Positions 49,040-59,593 of a DNA stretch of 64,000 bases are shown one piece after another. The DNA comes from an uncultured bacterium. GTDB lineage: Bacteria > Babelota > Babeliae > Babelales > JABCYS01. Location of the stretch: positions 1 through 64,000 of the forward strand of contig CAVPKK010000003.1 of assembly GCA_963705705.1 (NCBI GenBank). The letters run 5' to 3'. Position numbers and translations under genes: made by a program. Position 1 is the stretch's first letter, and the number at the start of each line of letters is the position of its first letter. The notes under the pieces were generated by a model that was given only the letters and a program-made list of their open reading frames with translations, was not told where the DNA came from and ran no database searches.

Positions 49040-51448
49040 TTAACCAACCACAAAACTTATCATGCGACCTGGTACGTAAATGACCTTACGAATCGTTTTG
49101 CCCTCAAGGTGCTTGGCAATAACTTTTTCCGCCTGTTCGCGAACTGTTTTTTCATGTTCTTCAACATTGATGGTTATATCGCCGCGAACTTTGCCATTTA
49201 CCTGGATTGGAATAGTTATTGATGAAACGGCGGCAAGATGCGGATCATAGGAGGGCCATGAACAGTCTGAAAGTTTCTTATGCAATACCTGTTCAAGCAG
49301 CTCACTACACAAATGTGGCGTGATAACTGAAAGTGATACTAAAACTTTTTCAAGACTGTCAGAACCAAGCTTATCATCTGCGGCGATTGCTTCATTTAAC
49401 CAAATCATTGCTGCTGAAATAGCAGTATTTGGTTTAAAATGTTCAAGCTTTTCTTGATAGCTTGCGAGGAATCTGTGAACACGTTTTGTGGCATCGATGG
49501 TTTCAACGCCGCCATTAGCCTTTGTGCAAAAGTTCCAAAATTTATTTAAAAAGCGAGACATGCCAACTAGGCCGTTATCCTGCCATTCGCAATCAAGTTC
49601 CGGTGGTCCAAGGAATAAAATATATGTTCGTAAGGCATCGCTTCCGTAGATGCGCACCATCTCATCCGGATCGACCACATTGCCTTTGGACTTGGACATT
49701 TTTTCTACCACGCCCGACTTTTCAGAGTATTTTAATACCATGCCCTGATTGAATAAGTGAGCAAATGGTTCGGAGAAAGGAAGGTGGCCAAGATCATGCA
49801 ACACCTGCGTATAAAAACGTGCGTAGAGTAAATGCAAAATGGCATGTTCAACACCGCCAACGTACAGATCAACGGGCATCCAACAGACCATATCTTTTTG
49901 ATCAAAGGGTTTGTCGGAAAGATGTGGGTTAGGATAGCGTAAAAAGTACCAGCTAGATCCAGCCCACTGAGGCATGGTATTTGTTTCACGTTTCGCTGGC
50001 CCACCGCATATTGGGCATGAGGTATTTACCCATGATGCAATGCCAGCAAGCGGCGATTCTCCGGTTCCGGTCGGTTCATATCGTTCAACATCAGGCAAGG
50101 TGACCGGTAATTGATCTTCAGGAACGGGAACTATGCCATCCTTCGGGCAATGAATAAGTGGTATTGGTTCGCCCCAATAACGTTGTCGTGAAAATACCCA
50201 ATCACGCATTTTATAGGTTGTTTTTGCTATGCCGCATTTATTTTTTTCAAGGTATTCCAAGGCGGCCGTTTTTGCTTTTTCCGGATCTAGTCCATCAAGG
50301 AAGCGACTATTCACGATTAGTTCTTTGGCAGCAGGAAGCTGGAATTCACCCTCAACTGCTCTAAGTGCTACATCAACTGGTTGGACAACATGCACAATCG
50401 GTAGATTGTATTTCTTTGCAAATACGAAATCGCGTTCATCGTGCCCGGGCACGCCCATTACAATACCAGTGCCATAGCCACTTAATACATAGTCGGCAAC
50501 GTAGATTGGAATATACGTATCTGAAACAGGATTCTTGGCATAGGAGCCAGTGAATACGCCTGTTTTTTCCTTTTCTGATTCAGATCGATTCGGTTCATGC
50601 GATGCGTTGACTATATATTCATCAACCGCTTTCTGTTGATCCTGAGTAACTAATTTTGAAACGAGATTGTGATCGGGCGCTATAGCTAAAAATGTTATGC
50701 CAAATATGGTATCCGCTCGTGTGGTAAATACCGGAAGGGTGAGCGAGTTTGCAGTGAAATATACCTCTGCGCCAACGCTTTTGCCTATCCAGTTGCGCTG
50801 CATTAATTTTACTTTTTCTGGCCACTGCAAATTATCTAGGCCAGTCAATAGCTTTTCTGCATATGCGGTAATGCGCAACATCCATTGTGGGATCTGTTTT
50901 TGTTCTACTGGCGTGCCGCAACGTTCGCATTTACCATCAATTACTTCTTCGTTGGCCAAACCAGTTTTATCGTGCGGGCACCAATTGATAGGGCGGTCGG
51001 AACGATAGGCGAGTCCCGCCTTAAACATTTGCAGGAATATCCACTGCGTCCATTTATAATAATCGGGATCGGTGGTGTTGATTTCCTTATCCCAATCATA
51101 AATTGCAGCTAAATGTTGAAGCTGTCGTTTAAAATTGGCGATATTGGCCGCAGTGCTCACTTGGGGTTTGATGCCGCGTTTAATAGCATCATTCTCGGCA
51201 GGCAAGCCAAAGGCATCCCAGCCCATAGGGTGAAGAACGTTATAGCCTTCTAGCCATTTTATTCGTGCATAAACATCTGAAAGGACATACCCTCGCCAAT
51301 GGCCCACATGCAGCCCGGCCCCGGAAGGGTAGGGGAACATATCAAGGCAGTAGAATTTCTTTTGGTGATCTGCTGGTTTAGTTCGAAAAGGATGTTTGGC
51401 CCAATAGGCTTCCCATTTTTTTTCAATTTCCGTAAAGGTATAGTCCAT
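49040..51448 (-). CDS. leuS: Leucine--tRNA ligase
   Basis: [47 protein letters not shown] at 51448. Confidence 0.98.
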   Translation of the reverse strand: MDYTFTEIEKKWEAYWAKHPFRTKPADHQKKFYCLDMFPYPSGAGLHVGHWRGYVLSDVYARIKWLEGYNVLHPMGWDAFGLPAENDAIKRGIKPQVSTAANIANFKRQLQHLAAIYDWDKEINTTDPDYYKWTQWIFLQMFKAGLAYRSDRPINWCPHDKTGLANEEVIDGKCERCGTPVEQKQIPQWMLRITAYAEKLLTGLDNLQWPEKVKLMQRNWIGKSVGAEVYFTANSLTLPVFTTRADTIFGITFLAIAPDHNLVSKLVTQDQQKAVDEYIVNASHEPNRSESEKEKTGVFTGSYAKNPVSDTYIPIYVADYVLSGYGTGIVMGVPGHDERDFVFAKKYNLPIVHVVQPVDVALRAVEGEFQLPAAKELIVNSRFLDGLDPEKAKTAALEYLEKNKCGIAKTTYKMRDWVFSRQRYWGEPIPLIHCPKDGIVPVPEDQLPVTLPDVERYEPTGTGESPLAGIASWVNTSCPICGGPAKRETNTMPQWAGSSWYFLRYPNPHLSDKPFDQKDMVCWMPVDLYVGGVEHAILHLLYARFYTQVLHDLGHLPFSEPFAHLFNQGMVLKYSEKSGVVEKMSKSKGNVVDPDEMVRIYGSDALRTYILFLGPPELDCEWQDNGLVGMSRFLNKFWNFCTKANGGVETIDATKRVHRFLASYQEKLEHFKPNTAISAAMIWLNEAIAADDKLGSDSLEKVLVSLSVITPHLCSELLEQVLHKKLSDCSWPSYDPHLAAVSSITIPIQVNGKVRGDITINVEEHEKTVREQAEKVIAKHLEGKTIRKVIYVPGRMISFVVG

Positions 51449-51705
51449 AAAATGTCCGTTAAAAGTTGAAAAGGGCCATAAGCATACCATCAGCGGGCTT
51501 CAAGGCTAAGTGCTCAGGGCTGGCAAAAAATCGGCTATTGTTTTTTAGCCGGAGAAGGTTAATATTACCCGCTTTCAAACGTCCAGCTGAACATTTGATT
51601 TATAGCGACGAAACATGGTCTGCTCGCGGTAAAATTCTGCTCACCCTGCCTGTCTAAGGTAGCGGAATGCGAGTGGCATAGTGGCAATGACAGGCGGGGC
51701 GTGCC

Positions 51706-52881
51706 ATGCAACAATTCAGAAAAATAGCTTTAATCCTTTCAGTTTTATGCGGCTCAACTTTTGGCATTTATTTTTTCAATAAGCCAAAGCAGTCACAACC
51801 ATTGATCCAACTTGATCAGGTTGGTGCCAACTTGCAGCTTACAAGCATTTATGGGACTACGGTTATCCATGAACCGGTTTTAATTGAACTCATACAAAGT
51901 CCAGCCTTTGAGCGTCTAAAGCACGTTCGTCAATACGGTGTAATGTGTCATGTTCGGCCAAACGAACCTGAATATACTCGATATCAGCATTCATTAGGGG
52001 TGTTCCATATCACCCGGATGTATGGCGCGCCATTATCCGAGCAAGTTGCCGCCTTATTGCATGATGTTTCGCATACCGTATTCTCGCATGTGGGTGATCG
52101 ACTCTTTAGCACAAATTATTTTATACCCGGCAATAATTCTTATCAGGACAATATTCATATGTGGTACCTGGAAAAAACGGGGATCATGAGCCTGTTAAAA
52201 AAACATGGCATGGCCGATGCGTGCACGGAGGAAGCGAAAAAGAACCAGCTTTGTTTTGAGCAGCCGTCTCCTGATTTATGCGCGGATCGAATTGAATATA
52301 ATATTACCGGTGGTTTTATTGATGGCATGATTACGCAGGATGAGGTTGCAGCATTAGTGAACAGCCTGCATTTTGAGAATAATCAATGGTATTTCGATAC
52401 TATTGAGCAGGCAAAGAAATTCTCACAAATATCGATTCGCTTATCGGAACAGCGCTGGGGTTCTGGATGGAGTGTTTTTGTTGATCAATGCGCTGCAGCT
52501 GCGTTAAAACGCGCCGTAGAACTTGAGATTCTAACGCATCATGATATTAATTTTTCTACCGATGATGCCGTATGGGAAAAATTAGTGGCGAGCTCAGATG
52601 ATGAAATCATGAGCAATGTGCAGCGAATAAAAAACTATGAAGAACATTTTGAGTTGGCAGAAAAATCAAACAATACAATTTTTCTTCGTGGCAAGTTTAG
52701 TGGTACAAACCCTATGGTAAAGACTGCCGCAGGCTTCCAACGAATTCGCGATCTTGATGATGCTCTTAACATAGAATTTGATCAGGTAAAGACTGCTTTA
52801 ACAAATGGTTATCATGGGAGACTTAAGATTAAGCCAAATGATGTGACTAGGGCCGCGGCCGGTGACATCAAATTTGCCTGA
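51706..52881 (+). CDS. HD-domain phosphohydrolase (dNTP triphosphohydrolase-like) with an N-terminal signal/anchor
   Basis: LIQSPAFERLK.VRQ.G, TRYQHSLGV, ALLHDVSH, LCADRIEY; hydrophobic N-terminus. Confidence 0.85.
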   Translation: MQQFRKIALILSVLCGSTFGIYFFNKPKQSQPLIQLDQVGANLQLTSIYGTTVIHEPVLIELIQSPAFERLKHVRQYGVMCHVRPNEPEYTRYQHSLGVFHITRMYGAPLSEQVAALLHDVSHTVFSHVGDRLFSTNYFIPGNNSYQDNIHMWYLEKTGIMSLLKKHGMADACTEEAKKNQLCFEQPSPDLCADRIEYNITGGFIDGMITQDEVAALVNSLHFENNQWYFDTIEQAKKFSQISIRLSEQRWGSGWSVFVDQCAAAALKRAVELEILTHHDINFSTDDAVWEKLVASSDDEIMSNVQRIKNYEEHFELAEKSNNTIFLRGKFSGTNPMVKTAAGFQRIRDLDDALNIEFDQVKTALTNGYHGRLKIKPNDVTRAAAGDIKFA

Positions 52882-53182
52882 TGTCCGCTTCTCATATACA
52901 TTCTCCGTCACTTAACCAGAACTCAAGATCCTATAAATTATTTTCCTAGTGCTTGTATCATCGTAAAAAGTATCAAACAAGCAAAAAAATGGAGACAGGA
53001 GGCTTTAGCCTCCTGACGACATTGGGGAGGGGTGTTAGGGGAGGGAACGGACCCTTAGCATTAATTTGCGATCTTATTTGAGTTTGTGATACATGTTCAG
53101 CTTTATGACCCCCATCTGCATCATCGCATGAAATGGCCGAACTTAAAGCAGTATTGATTACTAAAATTGGATATATCCTGAC

Positions 53183-54322
53183 ATGAAGACCGCACAAATA
53201 TTATCAATCGGTACTGCATTGTTCGCCATGTTCTTCGGAGCTGGCAACGTAATTTTCCCTTTAGACCTGGGACGTCTTTTAGACGATAAAGTTTTTTATG
53301 CTATACCCGGCCTGTTTATCTCAGGCGTGATGATGCCCATTATCGGAGTTTATGCAGGGGTATTATTTAAGGGCGACTATCGAGCATTATTTCATAAGAT
53401 AGGCGCAATCCCTGGGGAATTATTGATCCTGATATGTATGCTGACCATCGGCCCGCTTGGAGCAATACCGCGGACGCTTACTTTGGCTCACGCTGGATTT
53501 GCCTGGTATTTCCCTTCGTTGCCAATGGGATTATTCATTATCGCTGCCGGGCTGGTCATTCTCTTTTTCACGATTAAGGAATCGAAAGTCCTTTCTTTTA
53601 TTGGCAAGGTTTTAGCGCCGATCAAAATCGCGCTTCTTTCTTTGATTATTCTTTGTGGCTTGTGGCTTGCGCAGCCATTAGCTCACAGCGACATTTCTTC
53701 TGCAGAAAGTTTCTTTAGGGGGCTATATCAAGGGTACGATACCCTGGATTTGCTTGTGGCACTATTCTTTGCACGCCTTATTTATGTTGGTCTTGATGCT
53801 GAAACTCTTTCGCATCCCAACAGCGTTCGCATTGGCTTGCTTAAAGCCAGCGCATTTGGAGCCGTATTACTTGGGCTCATTTATAGCGGGTTTATGTTGA
53901 CGAGCGCCTTCCATGCTGACCAGATCCCAGATGTTGGGCGTGCGAAATTGGTGTTTGCTCTTGGCGATTTGCTCCTTGGAAAACTTGGCCTCATTGCAAG
54001 CTTTACCGTCGCTTTTGCTACCCTCACTACGGCTATTGCCTTGACGGCAGTATTTGCTGATTATCTGAGCAAGGATATTTTGCGAGGCTATTTGACTTAT
54101 GGAATGTCGGTATTTTTGAGTGTAATTGTAACCTGCGGCTTGGCGATGCTTGGCTTTGAGGGTGTAGCAAAAATTATTACCCCAGTTGCAGTTATTTGCT
54201 ATCCTGCCCTGATCGTTTTAGCAATTACCGGGATCCTGAATAAATTATATGGATTTGAGCATATTAAGTTGCCGGTATTTATTACATTGGCGACCACATT
54301 ACTGGTAACATTTGTTATTTAA
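53183..54322 (+). CDS. brnQ: Branched-chain amino acid:cation symporter
   Basis: ALFAMFFGAGNVIFP, IGPLGAIPRT, GY.TLDLL.AL.F, ATLTTAI. Confidence 0.92.
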   Translation: MKTAQILSIGTALFAMFFGAGNVIFPLDLGRLLDDKVFYAIPGLFISGVMMPIIGVYAGVLFKGDYRALFHKIGAIPGELLILICMLTIGPLGAIPRTLTLAHAGFAWYFPSLPMGLFIIAAGLVILFFTIKESKVLSFIGKVLAPIKIALLSLIILCGLWLAQPLAHSDISSAESFFRGLYQGYDTLDLLVALFFARLIYVGLDAETLSHPNSVRIGLLKASAFGAVLLGLIYSGFMLTSAFHADQIPDVGRAKLVFALGDLLLGKLGLIASFTVAFATLTTAIALTAVFADYLSKDILRGYLTYGMSVFLSVIVTCGLAMLGFEGVAKIITPVAVICYPALIVLAITGILNKLYGFEHIKLPVFITLATTLLVTFVI

Positions 54323-54366
54323 TGATTTACAAAATAAGTTTCTCAAACTAACAAGATCGAAATGGT

Positions 54367-54402
54367 CGCGCTCATTCTGAGTTTATCGAAGAATAAAGCG
54401 CG
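54367..54402. repeat. Palindromic element with a compensatory stem change
   Basis: cgcgctca-ttctgag-ttta-tcgaagaa-taaagcgcg (TTCT/AGAA instead of TCCT/AGGA). Confidence 0.8.
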
Positions 54403-54422
54403 TAAATCAAAGGGCAAAAAAA

Positions 54423-55046
54423 ATGACACAGCAAATAACACAAAAACCAGTTCATCAAGCAATATCGGATGAACAGATTTTAGTTGTACGCACCGCTCGA
54501 TTATTCCCATTCGGCTCTTGGCATGGGATCCATGCTACAGACTTTGACGCCTATATAAAATTAATTAGCGATGCACGCGAATTTATGCCCCGGGCACAGA
54601 TGGAGCAAGATCCAAACTATAAGCAAATTATTCCCTACTTGGTCTTTGCTTATGGTGATCGCTATTTTTTGATGCAACGTACATCGAAAAGCACCGAACA
54701 GCGCTTACAAAATAAATATTCATTGGGCATCGGCGGCCATATGCGTGAAGAAGATATGACCGGTTCCTCGATATTTGATTGGGCTAAGCGGGAATTCCAT
54801 GAGGAAGTGAGCTATGAAGGTAATTTTGAAATAGAACCAATCGGTCTTTTGAATGATGATTCAAATGCCGTGGGCCAAGTTCACTTAGGATTGGTGTTAT
54901 TGTTGAAGGGTGATTCTTCTGACATTAAAGTAAAATCTGAGCTTAAGAGTGGTGTATTATTAAGCCTGGAAGAACTTAAGGACTTCAGACCGCACATGGA
55001 AAACTGGAGCCAGTTTGTTTTTGATATGTTGGTAAAAAAGATTTAA
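54423..55046 (+). CDS. NUDIX-family phosphoesterase
   Basis: E.DP.YKQIIPY, SLGIGGH, REFHEE, VGQVHLG. Confidence 0.85.
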   Translation: MTQQITQKPVHQAISDEQILVVRTARLFPFGSWHGIHATDFDAYIKLISDAREFMPRAQMEQDPNYKQIIPYLVFAYGDRYFLMQRTSKSTEQRLQNKYSLGIGGHMREEDMTGSSIFDWAKREFHEEVSYEGNFEIEPIGLLNDDSNAVGQVHLGLVLLLKGDSSDIKVKSELKSGVLLSLEELKDFRPHMENWSQFVFDMLVKKI

Positions 55047-55054
55047 GGAAAATC

Positions 55055-55558
55055 ATGAATACAAAAAATATTTTAATGGTATCAGCAGCATGTTGCGCAA
55101 TATTATCTGGATGTTGCAGCAACTGCTCACAAAACAAACAACAACCAACATCCCCCGCCGCCACTAAAGCTATGGGGAATCGAAAAGAAGAAACAAACAT
55201 GGAACAACAAAACAAAAAAGTTCGTCTACCCTCGGGCCTGGAATATGAAGTAATTAAGGCGGCCCCGGCCAATGCTCCCCATCCAGCCAAGGGCCAAAAT
55301 GTGGTAGTTAACTATACCGGTTGGTTAACCAATGGCCAAAAGTTTGATAGTTCAATTGATCGCGGCCAGCCATTTGTGTTCCGCGTTGGCATGGGCCAGG
55401 TTATTAAGGGATGGGATGAAGGCGTAATGCTTATGAAAGTAGGCGATAAATGGCGCTTCACTATTCCTGCAGATCTAGCATATGGTAATCGTGCAATCAG
55501 CGTAATTCCAGCAAATAGCACGTTGATCTTCGAAGTCGAATTACTTGGTGTTTCATAG
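55055..55558 (+). CDS. FKBP-type peptidyl-prolyl isomerase, lipoprotein
   Basis: LSGC lipobox; YTGWL..G.KFDSS.DRG.PF, VIKGWDEG, IPANSTLIFEVEL. Confidence 0.95.
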   Translation: MNTKNILMVSAACCAILSGCCSNCSQNKQQPTSPAATKAMGNRKEETNMEQQNKKVRLPSGLEYEVIKAAPANAPHPAKGQNVVVNYTGWLTNGQKFDSSIDRGQPFVFRVGMGQVIKGWDEGVMLMKVGDKWRFTIPADLAYGNRAISVIPANSTLIFEVELLGVS

Positions 55559-55590
55559 TTTGAATCTGAGTAAGCAGCTAATTTTGAATT

Positions 55591-55633
55591 AAAAGAACCC
55601 GCTCATCTTCCAAAAGAGAGCGGGTTCTTTTTT
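55591..55633. terminator. Bidirectional intrinsic terminator
   Basis: aaaagaacccgctc...gagcgggttctttttt between convergent genes. Confidence 0.85.
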
Positions 55634-55656
55634 GCGCAATTTAAATTGATTGAGGA

Positions 55657-56421
55657 TTAAGCCTTAGGCCACCACGGAATGAAAATACTTGTTTTGCGTT
55701 TGTAATCCGCAAACTCTGGGTTCTTCGCCAAGGCCGCTTCTACCCATGGAACTCCGGTAACGAATAAGAGCATGGTAGTTATCGTAGCTGGGGCAATAAT
55801 TGCATAAACGCCATGAGGAACAGAAAGCGTCATCAAAAAAATGCCCCACCACATGGTGACTTCGCCAAAATAATTGGGATGGCGAGAATATCGCCATAAA
55901 CCTGTTCGTAATAAATGGCCTTTATTGGTTGGATTCTTCATAAACACATATAGCTCATAGTCGCTTACTGATTCAAAAAAGTAACCGATAAGCCAAATGC
56001 CAATGCCAAGGAAATCGAGTGGGTTTAGACCTGGCACGATGCTGGTATTAATGATAATTGCCGGCACTGACATAACGGCTGTCAAAAATAGCTGCCCACC
56101 AAAGATATAGATCAGATTAAAAGCTAAGGCTTTAAAACCCTTTTGTTTCCAAGATAAAAAGCGGGGATCATTTCCGCGATAGCGAAGATAAACATACGTC
56201 ATGAGTCGTAATGCCCATATTGCGATCATTAACGTGACAATGAGTTGCCGGGCAAGGTACAGATCCGTTCGCATTAATGTATAAAGTGCCACGATCAAAC
56301 AGCCGCCAGTCCATGAACTGTTTGCGATACTTGTATCTTCTTTGATTTGCACAAGAGCAACAGCGCCTGCAAAATATAAGGCGAGGATGATAATAAGGGG
56401 GATGAAAAAGTTAATAGGCAT
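55657..56421 (-). CDS. DUF1295 / steroid 5-alpha-reductase-like membrane protein
   Basis: GLWRYSRHPNYFGE...WWG; multiple TM segments. Confidence 0.88.
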   Translation of the reverse strand: MPINFFIPLIIILALYFAGAVALVQIKEDTSIANSSWTGGCLIVALYTLMRTDLYLARQLIVTLMIAIWALRLMTYVYLRYRGNDPRFLSWKQKGFKALAFNLIYIFGGQLFLTAVMSVPAIIINTSIVPGLNPLDFLGIGIWLIGYFFESVSDYELYVFMKNPTNKGHLLRTGLWRYSRHPNYFGEVTMWWGIFLMTLSVPHGVYAIIAPATITTMLLFVTGVPWVEAALAKNPEFADYKRKTSIFIPWWPKA

Positions 56422-56510
56422 GATTCTCCTTTATTAAAGACCATTTGAGGATAGCCGCCTACAGTTTTAGTTTGCAATATATTATTGTGATTTCTTAGGA
56501 TTCGGCCAGG

Positions 56511-57866
56511 TTACTGAAGCTTATGCGCATCTTGAGATCTTTTAATAATCTCAATATACGGCTGCGCACTTTTTCGCAATGTTCTTTTCTTGGATACCAT
56601 ATCGACGGCATACAAACCAAATTTTTTGGCGAAACCCTCCGACCATTCATAATTATCTAAAAGTGACCAATAAAAACAGCCACGCACATCCGCGCCTTCT
56701 TCAATAGCTTTTGAAATGGCATATAAGTAGGTCCTTATCATTTCCGGACGAATTGTGTCATCAGCATCAGAAACCCCAGTTTCTGTGATAATAATTGGCA
56801 CATTGAGTTTTCCCAACAGTTTAATCGCAAGGTACATGCCTTCGGGATAGAGTGAATATGCCACGCTTGTATGAATTTCTTGTGGTTTGAAATCAACCTT
56901 CAGATAAGTGAGCAAGCTCGTATCATTGGGTAGCTTCAACATAACGTGGGTATAATATTGCAGTCCAATAAAATCTAGACGCGGGTGCTCTTGAGCGGAA
57001 TCATCTATATAAACACTGGTATCAGGAACCGGAATAAACCAACTAAAGATGCCAGTTTTGAAGTATTGGGTAATAGCATTGTGAGAATAATGGTTAAGCA
57101 TAGTAATGATTAATGCTTTATCCGGATTGCTTGGCTCATCTGAATCAAGAAACGTGATACTGTGTGCGATGCCGACCTGTGCAGCAGCGCCACCTTCGCA
57201 AGCTTTTATTGCTTTATACGCTAGATTATGGGCTTGCAAAAGATTATAGGTAACTGTGCCGGCTAGTTGCATAGAGGATTGGATGTCATTGAGCATTTTT
57301 CCCGGAGGCCAGAGACCAAGAATGTATCCTTGCGAAACGTACACGCCGGGTTCATTGATGGTGCACCAGATTTTTACGCCATGATTTTTGAGCGCTTCAA
57401 ACATCGTGATACAAAAACGAACGAAGTGCGCATTATTCTCTGCCTTTTCAAATGCGCCTTTTTCTTCAAACCATAATGGATGTACAAAATGATGAAGAGT
57501 AACTACCGGCTGCATTCCGGCGGCGATGAGATTGTCGCAAAATGTTTGGTAATGAGCTATGACCTTTTCGTCATACACTCCTGCGCTTGGCTCGATTTTG
57601 TCCCAAGCAACTGAAAAGCGATATGCATTAACGTCTAATGCTTTGGCGCACGTAATATCTTCTGCGGGTCGATTATAGGAGTCACAGGCGGATCCAGAAG
57701 GCGGCGTTTTACCCTGGCGTTCCCAGTGTGCCCAGTTTGAATCAGGACAATTTTCTGCACCCGAAACTTGATATTCCGAAACCGCGACGCCCCAGATAAA
57801 ATCGTTAGGAAATTTAGTTTTGCTGGTATCTATGTTGGTCCAATCCCAGCGGAATTCATTCATCAT
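56511..57866 (-). CDS. Glycoside hydrolase family 1 (beta-glucosidase-like), no signal peptide
   Basis: F.WGVA.SEYQ..G, YRFSVAW, TINEP, IITETG, WSLLDNYEW. Confidence 0.93.
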   Translation of the reverse strand: MMNEFRWDWTNIDTSKTKFPNDFIWGVAVSEYQVSGAENCPDSNWAHWERQGKTPPSGSACDSYNRPAEDITCAKALDVNAYRFSVAWDKIEPSAGVYDEKVIAHYQTFCDNLIAAGMQPVVTLHHFVHPLWFEEKGAFEKAENNAHFVRFCITMFEALKNHGVKIWCTINEPGVYVSQGYILGLWPPGKMLNDIQSSMQLAGTVTYNLLQAHNLAYKAIKACEGGAAAQVGIAHSITFLDSDEPSNPDKALIITMLNHYSHNAITQYFKTGIFSWFIPVPDTSVYIDDSAQEHPRLDFIGLQYYTHVMLKLPNDTSLLTYLKVDFKPQEIHTSVAYSLYPEGMYLAIKLLGKLNVPIIITETGVSDADDTIRPEMIRTYLYAISKAIEEGADVRGCFYWSLLDNYEWSEGFAKKFGLYAVDMVSKKRTLRKSAQPYIEIIKRSQDAHKLQ

Positions 57867-57916
57867 TACTCTCTACGGATTTATATTTATTATATCGGAT
57901 TGGCAATGTCTTTTTT

Positions 57917-58026
57917 CCGCTCTGATCCTTCGATCCTTCGAGGGGCCTCAGGAGTGAACCCTTCGACAGTCATTTGAGTATCGAAGGCCTTTAGGTCTGA
58001 GCTTGTCGAAGACTCAGGATGAGCGG
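57917..58026. repeat. Composite nested palindromic element
   Basis: Outer ccgctctga-tccttcga...ctcagga-tgagcgg enclosing further core hairpins. Confidence 0.85.
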
Positions 58027-58086
58027 TCTGCTAATCAAATTTTACAAAGAGTCCCGATGTTTTTACATAGCCTACAATAGGCTTAA

Positions 58087-59559
58087 TTACTGAATTTTAT
58101 GCTCTTCTTCGTGTCGTTTGATTGCTTCAATATAGGCGAGCGCCCCTTGGCGAAGCTTAGCTTCTTTAGTCTGAAAATCTACTTCATATAAGCCAAACTT
58201 TTTTTTGTATTCCAAATTCCATTCATAGTTATCTTTAAGTGACCAATAAAAGATACCACGAATATCTGCGCCTTCTTGAGCTGCTTGCGAAATCGCATAG
58301 AGATGTGTTCTGATCATATGAGCTCGACGATCATCTTTAGCATCGGCAATGCCCATTTCAGAAATGATAATAGGAATCTGTTTGCCATTAGCGCCCTTGA
58401 TCTCACCCATTAATTTAATAGCGCGATACATTCCCTCAGGATATATGCAATAGGGCATATCAGTTGGAATTTCTCCTTTTCGATAGGCAGGAACGCCAAA
58501 TTTGAAGCCATCATGGGTTGGCATCATTTTTTGTACAAGATTTTGCGGCATCACATACGACAGATATTCTCGTGGCCAGATATAGGGAAAATTCATCAAT
58601 ACATGTGAATAATATTGCAGACCAATAAAATCGAGTTTTGGCTTCAGATCATCTTGGGTATCATCAATCGATATGCTACGACATACGCCCGGAACATACC
58701 ATTTAAATTTGCCAGTTTTCACATACTGCGTAATCGCATCGTGAAACCAATGATTAACCATCTGAGTAACGATTTTTTCACCCGGATGCGTATCATGATA
58801 CGGTTCAAACAGTGTAATGCTATGGGTAAAGCCTACGTTCGATACATCGCCACCTTTGCACTTTTTTATTGCATTATATGTCTCAGTGTGGGCACGTATA
58901 AGGTTATAAGCAACCTGACCAGCTTGTTTAAAATCAGATGTTTTGCCAGGAGGGAATTCGCCATGGATATAGCCTTGGAAAACATAAACACCAGGCTCAT
59001 TAATGGTACACCAGGTAGTTACGCCATGATCTTTTAGTGCCTTGAACATGTTTGTACTAAACCGTACGAAATATTGGATATTATCTTCTTGTTCAAATGC
59101 ACCCATTTCCTCAAACCAAAGTGGATGTACAAAATGATGCAAGGTAACTACTGGCTGCATTCCTGCCTGCACCAGCTTGTCGCAGAAAAGTTGGTAATGT
59201 TTAATTGCTTCACCGTCAAAGTGGCCTTTTTTAGGCTCAATTTTTTCCCATGCGAGTGAAAATCTAAAAGCTTTTACGCCAAGTGCTTTTGCCTTTGCGA
59301 CATCATCATCCATGCGATTATATGAATCACAAGCAACACCCGATTTTGGCACGCGACCACTTTGCTCAAATGCTGACCAATTTGAAACACCGCAATTTTC
59401 AGCACCAGAGCATTGATATTCAGACTGAGCGACACCCCAAACCAACTCCTTTGGTAAGGTGATTTTACTCAGATCAATTTTCGACCAATCCCAGCGGAGC
59501 TCGGGTGCGAAAAGGGCGGAGGCGGAAATGGAAGCAAGAAATACTATTTTTTTGAACAT
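58087..59559 (-). CDS. Glycoside hydrolase family 1, secreted paralogue
   Basis: Signal MFKKIVFLASISASALFA from ATG 59559; TINEP, IISEMG, WSLKDNYEW. Confidence 0.92.
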   Translation of the reverse strand: MFKKIVFLASISASALFAPELRWDWSKIDLSKITLPKELVWGVAQSEYQCSGAENCGVSNWSAFEQSGRVPKSGVACDSYNRMDDDVAKAKALGVKAFRFSLAWEKIEPKKGHFDGEAIKHYQLFCDKLVQAGMQPVVTLHHFVHPLWFEEMGAFEQEDNIQYFVRFSTNMFKALKDHGVTTWCTINEPGVYVFQGYIHGEFPPGKTSDFKQAGQVAYNLIRAHTETYNAIKKCKGGDVSNVGFTHSITLFEPYHDTHPGEKIVTQMVNHWFHDAITQYVKTGKFKWYVPGVCRSISIDDTQDDLKPKLDFIGLQYYSHVLMNFPYIWPREYLSYVMPQNLVQKMMPTHDGFKFGVPAYRKGEIPTDMPYCIYPEGMYRAIKLMGEIKGANGKQIPIIISEMGIADAKDDRRAHMIRTHLYAISQAAQEGADIRGIFYWSLKDNYEWNLEYKKKFGLYEVDFQTKEAKLRQGALAYIEAIKRHEEEHKIQ

Positions 59560-59593
59560 TCTTAATCCAAACATGAGATTATTAAGTGCCATT

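Noticed and set aside
55597..55625. Terminator as a further palindromic-element copy (shares cccgctcatc...gagcggg)
   Set aside because: The core GAG...TCGA is missing, so it was not counted, although derivation from the element is possible
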